From the NCBI GenBank assembly GCA_045837725.1, contig JBEWZL010000053.1, forward strand, positions 124,001 through 158,781: a stretch of 34,781 nt of DNA, in the 5' to 3' direction. Under the pieces are notes generated by a model. It had not been told where the DNA came from. It saw only the letters and a list, made by a program, of their open reading frames with translations, and made no database searches. Source of the DNA: Vermamoeba vermiformis (lineage: Eukaryota). Within the stretch, counting starts at the first letter, position 1, and every line of letters begins with the position of its first letter. Positions 1 to 9,462 of the stretch are shown here, piece after piece. Position numbers and translations under genes: made by a program.

Positions 1-23
1 CCTAATAAGGTTATTTTTTTAAG

Positions 24-1512
24 GTTACATGTGGTTCGTTGGATTAAGTTTGACTTCAGTTTCGAATAGCAGCGCCATTTATCAATGCGCGTCATTCTTT
101 GTGTTTATATTCTCATTTTTGTTCCTAAACGAAAAGGTACGATTATACTCACTCGTAATAACGAATAATATAAAACTTTATTACTGGAACTGTGTAGATG
201 AAGAAAATTACCCACAAGTGGTTCCCCCCCCCGATTTTAACCCCTTCTTAAAATTTTTTTTTAATCATTTGAACCAAAGAATTTTTCGACATCCGAGAAT
301 CTGAATCCAAATTTTTAAACAAATGGACTAATTTTAGCGATTTTAAATCCTAATATTTACTTTTTAGGCAAATTTATCAAAAACATTAGCGGTCTTAGTT
401 TCCATGGCCGGAGTATTTCTGATTTCTTACGTGGGTGCATCCAGTACAAAATCGGAAGAATTTCCTCGCGAACTAGAAGGCAATATTTATATGCTCGGCT
501 CTGCATTTACATGGGGATTGTACGAAGTATTTTACAAGAAATTCATTGGTGACGCTAAACTGGACGTAAGTACATTCTCTTTCGATTTTGATCAAATTTT
601 CGAAAAGGCAACCTTTTGACACGTGTCAAACGAAACTTTGCAAACATTTTTCGTTTAGAACGTGATAAATTTGAGAAATTTGTTCGGTTATTGTTCGATT
701 CTAAATCTGCAAGCAGAAGATATTTTTTTTGGCACCGTGAAAAATATTATTAAAGTTGACACGTGTCATTTTTCTTTATACCCAATTTAGGCAATTGATG
801 ATTAACAGAAACAAAATGTCGCCGAAAAATAATCCGAAGCGATCGAGCAGTGAGCGTAAAATATTTTTCTAATTAATTTTTTTTATTTTTTCACAGGTGG
901 TGAATATGTACATGATGGTGATGGGTCTTATTAACGTGTTCTTATTGTGGCCTATTCTCGTCATACTGCACTACACGGGCATCGAAACTTTTGAATTCCC
1001 TTCGTTTGACTTGACAATGTGGCTCTTATTCAACGCAGCTGTGGGTCTCACTTTGAACTACTTAATTATGCTCTCCATCGCACTAACGTCACCGCTATTT
1101 ACGCGCATTGGTGAAATGTGCACCATTCCTGGCTCCATGCTCGTGGATCTCGTCATTCTCAAACAGATCTTCCCTGTCAGTTGGTACTTTGGTACGCACT
1201 AACAAGCACCATTTTCTATTTTATCGTTGTTAATATAATTATAATACTTTAATCTTTTTTTGAAATTTTTGCCACCGCGTAAAAGTTAAATTTTCGATGC
1301 AAACATTTGAATGGTAAAATTAAGGAAATTAATTCTTAATATTCTTGTTAGGTGCTCTAATGGTGATTGGTGGATTTGTGTTACTAAATGTAGCATATGT
1401 CTATGAGACTAAGCACGAGAAGAAAGACCCGAACGACGCGTCGACGTTGTGGGAGAAAATTTGGTGCAAATCGTGTCAAATTCATTGGAAAAAACGAAGG
1501 CGGCAGAATTAA
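24..1512 (+). CDS. DMT/EamA superfamily transporter, SLC35F-like (5'-partial). Exons 24-136, 368-565, 897-1191, 1352-1512
   Basis: GT-AG splicing gives one continuous, highly hydrophobic ORF (YMWFVGLSLTSVSNSSAIYQCASFFVFIFSFLFLNEK...GIETFEFP...IALTSPLFTRIGEMCTIPGSMLVD...) ending at TAA 1510-1512. The motifs match my recollection of SLC35F3-5-type transporters. Confidence 0.8.
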
Positions 1513-1845
1513 AAAAGCATTAATAATATAACGATTCTGATTCACTAATATATTAATAGTATTAATAGTTAGTTTAGCTTTTCCCGCGTGGAATGGAACC
1601 GGTCAAAAAGAAAGTTGTTCAAAAAATTGACTTTATATTTTACAAGATTTAAATATGAGTATCAATATGGTATGTATGATTTACAACGAGGGTTTTTGTT
1701 GTATATACATGCTACTTGGCTAACAAGTAATGTTTTTGATATGTACTACGTTTTACTGGAAGAAAACACATCTGTTGCGATAAATAATTGTTTAATAAAA
1801 CTAAAATTACAAATTCGATGGATTACAAGCGACACGAGGCCTATC

Positions 1846-4800
1846 TTATATTTCAGGAGCAGGCTTATCATTTTGCAAATAGTGTTGCAATCTGCCTTCA
1901 AGCTCGAAGATTTTGTTCTTCAAGGTCATGTTCTCGTGGAAGGTTTTCTCGTACATGTCGCGGTAGTCTTCCTTTGTCGTCTCTCGCAGCTTCTTATTTT
2001 CCTTTTTAAGATCTTCGACTTGCTTGTGAAGATTTTTAACGCTGCTAGCCAAATTAGCCATTTCATCCTCCGTATCAAACTCCGATCCAACAGTGGGCAT
2101 GCCAGATGTGACCTTCCAGCTCGTTCCGCCTGAACCGGTAGTCGTGCCCTTATTAGTAGAGGTCTTCTGGTCGCTAGACGATGCGAACTTCTTGGTGTAA
2201 GATCTGATCACAGCTTGAAGTTGTGCTTCGTTCATTTGTCTGAGCTCTTCTTCAGTGTACGAGAACAACAAGCGAACTTTGGGAATGAACAAGACACTAA
2301 GCGAGACCATGGTGATGAAGAGAATGCAGCAGCAGAGCAGTGCGAATCTCACAATGACATCTGTCACCAAGAAAATAACGGCAATGAAAATTGCGATCAA
2401 GGCAAAGTTGTACATCTACGCAAAAAGAATAACGTTAATTAAAGCACTCAAATGACGTGCGTGTTTAGTGTGTACTTACAGCAAGACCGATGTACTTGGC
2501 TTCGTTGTAAAGTGTCAATCGCAACTTGCTCACGAGTGCTGCAATAATGATACCGAAAACGATAATGATGCCCTATGAAGTCAGTGTCAGTTACACGTGA
2601 TTTAACATTCAAATTAAGACGTGGACTTACGTTGTAGACGAGCAAGGTGACACCAGTGGGAAGATGGAACAAACAGAATGAGAACTGTTGCTCGCCTTCA
2701 GTTTGGAACACGTACTCAGCCGGTTGAAGTCCAGTCATGACACTCAGCACGAGAACTTCACCGAGCAACACAACAAGCACGCAGAGACCAACATCGCGAT
2801 CAGTGTATTTGACAAGTTGAAGTGACTTGTTTGAGAACAGCAAATAGATGCGTCCTGTCTTGGCGAACAAAGATCTAAAATAAGATATGAAATTTAAATT
2901 AGTACAATTGCGCTTGAATCACCGGAACAATTCAGTCGCGGAGAATATTCTTTTTGAAAGTGTGTAACTTGCTGTCAAAAGTTGCGGGCACGCGCACGTG
3001 TCATGTTGTCAAATTGAAAGTGTCACATCAGATTCGCGCAGCAGAATTTGAGCACGTGTCATTTGTGGTATTGCGCGAAACTCACCCAAACAACAATGCA
3101 AAACCAACAGGAAGCATCCAAATGAACAAATTGCAGCCAATATCAGTGTTCGATACGAATGCTGCGACTGAGCCGAACATCAACATGCCTCCAATGCACA
3201 TTGAAATTAAGAAAAGTCCACTTGAAGCGATGATCACTTTTGATTTGCGACTAAATAAAGCTCCGTTAGCATTTTACGCCGAACATTTAGACCACTTACA
3301 ATTTGATAGTAACGGCCAAATAGAAGATGGAACAAGCGGCGCAAAGACCAGTCAAGACCCACATACTGACTTGAAGGTCAAGTCCGACCTCAGCAAAACT
3401 CGCTAAAATAAGATCCGTGGTTAGTTCTTATGCCGAATAATAAAATTGATAAAAGATATAGCTTACAAGGTCGAATCCAGTTCTGCCATACTTGTTCGTT
3501 TTCAGTGACCCATTGGCACGCGACTTCCCAGTTTGTTTGGTTCGCGTAGAGTTGACCCAACATCAGGGTCATGTCATTGCCGTTCATTGAATAGGATTGT
3601 ACGAGGTAAGCAGACTCGGGGCTGAATTCCTTGAGAGTCGACCACATAATCTTTCCAAGAATTTCAGACGGGTAATACGTGCCTTTAGCTACCAAAGTCA
3701 GTCGCGGAAAATTTGGATCTCACAATGACCCATACGTACCGCTATTAGGGAGAGCCACGCGAACCAAATCGTACATATTGAACAACATATTAGGTCTCCA
3801 GGTCCAAAACAGGATTGGCTGGCGCTTGGAGTATCGTTCAGCGAGAAGTGCATTGAAAGCGGTTTGGCCGTTCAAATACTGCACGGTCAAAGTGTAGTTA
3901 TTATCGTTAATTATGTCCTGCTCGGGGCCACTCCACGATTTATCACCGATGATTAGAGTATTGTTGAAGTAGGCGGACACATTTGGATTGGAAAAGTCAC
4001 CAGCCAATGCGGTTGGAACATCTTTCAAGACGTAACGAGGAATATACCAACCTATTGAATATCACATTGGAATAAGATCTCTCTTTGTAAATTAAAATTG
4101 CAATGAGCGCGTCAGGTAGGGTTGCGATCCATATTTATCGGTTCTATAAAAGGAAAATCCTAACCCTTGAGGCACGCGGCAACGTAAAATTCAATTCAAT
4201 TATGAAATTACATTAACCCAAAAATAGAAACACGTTAATAATTAACAGGTGATTTTTCGTTAATTACAAGCGGAATGTAATTCTCCATCAACACAGCAAA
4301 TTTTAAAAAATTGGTAAATTCCGTGACGGCGAAATAGCGGGATATTAAAGGTGTAACACCATTTTCAATGCACTGAGAACTTACCCGTCGAACCAATCAC
4401 TCCTTGCGGTCCAGCTGAAATAATCGTTCTGTCGTCGTAAAAGTACTTCTGCTCCTGGGCGGCACGCGTGGACGGCCTAATAAATTCAAAGTAGCTCGTT
4501 AGTTAGTCCACTAATAGCGTTAGTAGGTCCCGCCTACTCACCAATACTCGAGACACGCGTGAATATCGCCATTAGCAATTTGTTCCCATACTGCCAAAGA
4601 GTTCGCTACGACGAGGTTATTTGGCACTCCCGCAACTTCATCAAGCAGAATGCTAACGATGAGCGAATGCAATGCAGACGTTGAGTAGCCAGTGGTCGAG
4701 ATATTAACGTGGTTTCTGGCGTGGTATCCTAAACATAGCAACAAGAGGTTAAAATTGCAACAATTCGCGAGCTAAAATAAGCATTAATTAAAGTACGTAC

Positions 4801-4930
4801 CATCAGGCTTTGGTCGATTTAAACACGAAGGACGATCACCGGATGAAGTATATTGTTGACTACTCGTATAAGATGCAAGAGCGAGCACTACTATAAATAG
4901 CGTAGCAAACGTAATGGAAGATCCGACCAT
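1846..4930 (-). CDS. Class C (GABA-B-like, 7tm_3) GPCR paralog 1 with signal peptide, OpuAC/ProX-like substrate-binding ectodomain and C-terminal coiled coil. Exons approx. 4930-4801, 4728-4542, 4476-4385, 4051-3740, 3688-3467, 3402-3300, 3250-3086, 2875-2631, 2573-2480, 2415-1846
   Basis: Spliced frame is intact. 7TM class C motifs: SKVIIASS, GFALLFGSLFAKTGRIYLLF, YNEAKYIGLAMYN, LFIPK. Ectodomain motifs GDIHACLEYW, GWYIPRYV, QPILFWTWRP and EVACQWVTENEQVWQNW resemble the OpuAC/ProX family. Confidence 0.85.
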
Positions 4931-5741
4931 TGTATATTGTTTTCGGTTAGGATTATGAATGAAGCCGCGTGGCACTTCTAATGTAGTGGCAAAACACAAT
5001 GATTTAACCGGTGATTGCGCATTATATGCTACGAGCTGTCACTTGTCTACCGCCAATTAAAAGATCATCGTAACAACTCGATTATCAGGGATTGCAGTTA
5101 ATTTGTCCGTCAATATTCATTTAAGAACGTATATATACACTCGCGACGGTGGTGGTGAATGAATTGGAACAACTTAAAAAAAAAAATAAGATCCGGTCTG
5201 GCATAAAAATGGTGATTGTATTTACGGAAAAATTCAATATATCACCATTGTCACTTCCGATCGCGTGTTGTAAGTTGACTATATTTGGCTCAGTATCTTT
5301 AAATTATTTCATGGTACTGGTGACAAAACAAGCGTGCTCCAGATACTTACAAGTAAGTAATTCAAATCTAGACAACTTGATACACAAGCTGTTCGGGTAA
5401 TTGCTTGCAATCACCGGAAGATCTGGAACGTTTGATCAGATTTAATTTTTAAAATTTCAGAAGTCGCCGTTTACGTACCTTATCAAATGGTATTTTTTTA
5501 CAAAATAGGTAGTCGAATTATTGTTGGAAGTATAAAATTATTTGGCAACGTGGAGCAGACATTCTGTTCGGTTCGTTTCGATCAAGCATCCAAAACTGCT
5601 TCTTTGATGTCATCCAACGGTAGATAGCTCCTCCTACCCAAGCATATAAGGAAGATAGTATCGTGTCAAATCAGTTGTGTTTATTGCCAGCGCTAAAATG
5701 AACAAATCAGGTTTTTGAACACCGGAATGCGATAAAGACGT

Positions 5742-8700
5742 TTAGGCCCATTCGCAAGTGGTAAAGGCAGTCTCTTTGACAAGACACTCTTTGTACCACA
5801 ATTGATGTTTCACTGAACCAACACCGTTCGGAACGGAGAGTGTTGTTGTCGATTGAGGTGCAACGAGTTCAATACCTTGCATGCCAATCACTCGATGAGT
5901 GAAACCACTTGTCAAGTCAGCTGAGAGTACGAGAACGTTAGAACAACACGAACTGCACGTGGAAATAGCTCAAACGTACTTCTGGTGGAAGTGGCTTGAA
6001 CGGTGAAGTTACTGGTGGGACCACTCGAGCATTGCGAAGGAGGTGTGACGGTGACAGTTGTGACAGGACCAATGATCACTTCACATCCTCCCCAGTTGCG
6101 AATCATAGACAGTTGATCGGCGGTGAGGTCTGAAATAAACTCGAGTTATTATGACTATCTTTTGTTATGGCAACAATGTTATGTACCGTGGAAGATAAAA
6201 GCAGGTTCAGTATCGATCTCAGCAGCGTTCTTGAGAGCAGCAGTCTTATTCATGCCGAAAGAAGTGATGTACATGAGTGCCATTTCTTCGCCAGCGGGAA
6301 GAATTGTAAGGTAAGCTGGGCTCACAACGTATGTACCTGAAAGTTTCCCACTGGCGTAACATCGGCTTGTCTGATCCCGACCCTTTGGACCTGAAGAAAA
6401 TTTGATTCATACATTTAATTCGATTAATACTAATAGCTACCTCTACCGTGCACAGAGAATTTTGTATAGGCATTAAGAGAATCTTCATCGTTATTATTGC
6501 TACCCTTGTCCCCAGCTTGGAACGGCGAACTAATTACTAGATTAGACATTTCAGATAGCTAGACGTCATCCTGTCACATCACTTACCCAGTGTAGTATCG
6601 CCCATTGTTATCGATTGGACTGATATCCGTACTGTACACGTTTGTAAACCAGTCACCCCACAATCTCACTCGCTCGGGTGTGCTTCCAGTGTTCTTGATG
6701 AATACTACTTGGCGAATGTAACTTGTGGCTAGAAGACGGATCGTTGAATTAGCCTCTTCAATCGAATTGATTGCACGTACCGTTTGGCACACTGAAATGA
6801 ATGTAGACTTGGAGATTTTGATAACGAGCGCGCTCACCCAGGTCCCTCTCTCGGTAGTCTGGGTAATTAGGACCAAAAATAGCACTCGAGAGACTGGTGC
6901 AAGTGAAGTTTGCTGTTGGAACAAAAGTATCTTCACTTATGCTAGTAGTCGAATTGAAACCAGGCTGCAGTGGTATTTCTGTTAAGGGTTAGCAACTTGC
7001 GAATGAGTTTTTGTTTTCTTACGGTTGATCCAGAAAGACATCGCCGTCAACAAATTAGTTGAGTCTGTAGGCCTTAGGTAAAGATCACCAACGCCCATCC
7101 ACCAACCATTTTTTAATTCCCACTTATATGGAGCCTTTATAGATTTGTGAGAAGTACTGTAAACAAGATATGAAAACTTACCGTTCTATCTTCATTAAGT
7201 CCGAATTCTGCCTGCATAACCGAATCCGCTCCCACTAAATCATTCACGGCTACACTTTGGCAGGTCGATTGGCCTTGAGCAAGACAAACTAATACTAGTG
7301 TAACAAGCGCCAATTTTAACACCGAAGACTTCATTGCTGTGCCCGAAAGAGATGAGCCAGCTATGATGCTTAGTAGTGAGACTAAGTAGTTGAACCCAAG
7401 TGACAATCCACCACTCGTTTTCCCCTGTGGTGATGTGCTTTGCGGAGCTGATTGAGTGCTGGGTACTGCGGGAGCTGCCCTTTTGCAAGCGGTGAAGGCA
7501 GTCTCTTTGACAAGGCACTCATTGTACCACAATTGATGTTTCACTGAACCAACACTGTTCGGAACGGAGAGTGTTGTTGTCGATTGAGGTGCAACGAGTT
7601 CAATACCTTGCATGCCAATCACTCGATGAGTGAAACCACTCGTCAAGTCAGCTGAGAGTACGAGAACGTTAGGACAACACGAATTGCACGTGTAAATAGA
7701 TCAAATGTACTTCTGGTGGAAGTGGCTTGAACGGTGAAGTCACTGGTGGGACCACTCGAACACTGCGAAGGAGGTGTGACGGTGACAGTTGTGTCAGGAC
7801 CAATGATCACTTCACATCCTCCCCAGTTGCGAACCAGAGACAGTTGATCGACAGTAAGGTCTGATTGAGCAATTAGTGACTTCCAAGTACAAAGATGAAG
7901 ACGTACTGTGGAAGATAAAAGCAGGTTCAGTATCGATCTCAGCAGCGTTTTTGAGAGCGAGAGTTTTGTTCACTCCGAACGAGAGGATAAACATGAGTGC
8001 CATTTCCTCGCCAGCAGCAAGAGTCGTGTAGTAAGTGGGGGTAATGAGGTAGTTATCGTAGTCGCCTTCAACAGAAACACTTTGATCGCGACCTCTGGGA
8101 CCTTATAATACTTAAGTACTGCGCTAGTGACATTGTAATACTACCTTTAACGTGCACAGAGTTAATTATGTTCGGGAGTGAAGAAGCCGGATCATTCTTG
8201 TATTGGCCCAGATCCCCATCTTGGTACGGAAAACTGACAAATTGCGTTAATACCAATTGAATGTTGATGCTCACAATTTACCCGGTATAGTAACGGCCTC
8301 CGTTGTCTATAGGACTCACATCCATTGCGTAATCGTTTGTGTACCAATTGCCGTACAACTCAAATCTCTCCATTACACTACCAATGTTCTTTACGAATAG
8401 AATTTGGCGAATGTAACTTGTTTCTGGAGATTTATAACAGTTAAATAGCATTAAAAAACTGAAATTCGGGATTTAGCAACTAAATTTAGGCCGAATACGT
8501 ACCAACCGGAACGCTTGTATGAACATATACTTGGATGTTCTGGTATCTCCCACGCACTTCGTAGTCCTCCTTTCGGTAGTCCGGATAAGTAGGACCCCAA
8601 ATTCCGCTCGAGTCGCTGGTGCAAGTGAAATTGGCGGTTGGAGTAAAACCCGTTTGAGTGCCCGAGCTGTAAGTACTGTTAAGCCCGGGCTGAAGAGGAG

Positions 8701-9130
8701 TCTCTATACGAACATTTAGCTCAAGAAGAAAAAAAAATCGCAACTGATCTGAGATTTAAAAATCCGTAACTTGGATTACTCATTGATTAACGGATAGTCA
8801 TCTAATAGCTTACGGTTGATCCAAAAGAATATGTTTTTGATGTAAGATAATTTATCGTCGTGGGTAAGGTAGTACTCGCCATTAGCACCAGACCACGGTT
8901 TACCGAACATGGCCCAAGAGTACGGAGCCTAAATAGTCAGTCAGTCAATTACGTAAATGATGAGAATTTATGCTTACTACACCTCCTCCATCCTTAAGAC
9001 CGAAGCTTAGATTCATTGCCTTCGAAGGAGAAACCCATTCATCCACTCCAATGTTTTGGCAAGAGTTTTGGCAGTAAATAATGCCAACCAGCGCAAATGC
9101 TAGTAAAATTTTACAAGCCGTTTTTTGCAT
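5742..9130 (-). CDS. Secreted/surface protein of unknown function made of two homologous units joined in frame (unit A ATG 9130; unit B ATG 7334; stop 5742-5744)
   Basis: Both units start with a signal peptide (MQKTACKILLAFALVGIIYCQ; MKSSVLKLALVTLVLVCLAQG), share the same 7 intron positions and phases, and splice without stops. There is no stop between unit A's tail and unit B's ATG (ORF 7137..7646). Confidence 0.7.
5761..7864. repeat. Near-identical direct repeat, 5761-6133 vs 7492-7864 (offset 1731), covering the 3' exons and last intron of units B and A
   Basis: Alignment by eye shows only scattered substitutions, including across the intron. Confidence 0.9.
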
Positions 9131-9462
9131 TGTGGTCGATGCAATGCATGTTAAAAAACGTTTGCGTGAAACAAAGTTATCACGTGTGTTATTTTTTACC
9201 GGTCTTTCAAAATGAAAATTCAATAAGCACCGACATTCTTTCGGTCATTTTAAATGTCTTGACAATGTTTTTATATTTTCTTTATTTTTGTTAACTTTAC
9301 ATTGTTTAAAATACCGGATCGGGGCAAAACGGTAGAAAAAAGTGCCGTCCGAAAGGTTGCGTAAGATAAGGCCTTGTTCTTTCTTTAGAGCTACATCAGA
9401 CGCACTTGAGTAATGATTGCGGGCATAAACTAAAAATACAATTTATTGCACATCCAAAGTAA

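Noticed and set aside
137-1351. MITE/introner insertions explaining the long introns
   Set aside because: I could not identify terminal inverted repeats, target-site duplications or shared sequence between unrelated long introns.
1588-2133. 181-aa plus-strand ORF
   Set aside because: Antisense to the last exon and 3' UTR of GPCR1, with a GTG start and no recognisable motifs.
2954-3406. Plus-strand ORFs repeated at 10605 and 14257 that look like a conserved family
   Set aside because: They are the antisense shadow of conserved GPCR TM exons and converted introns.
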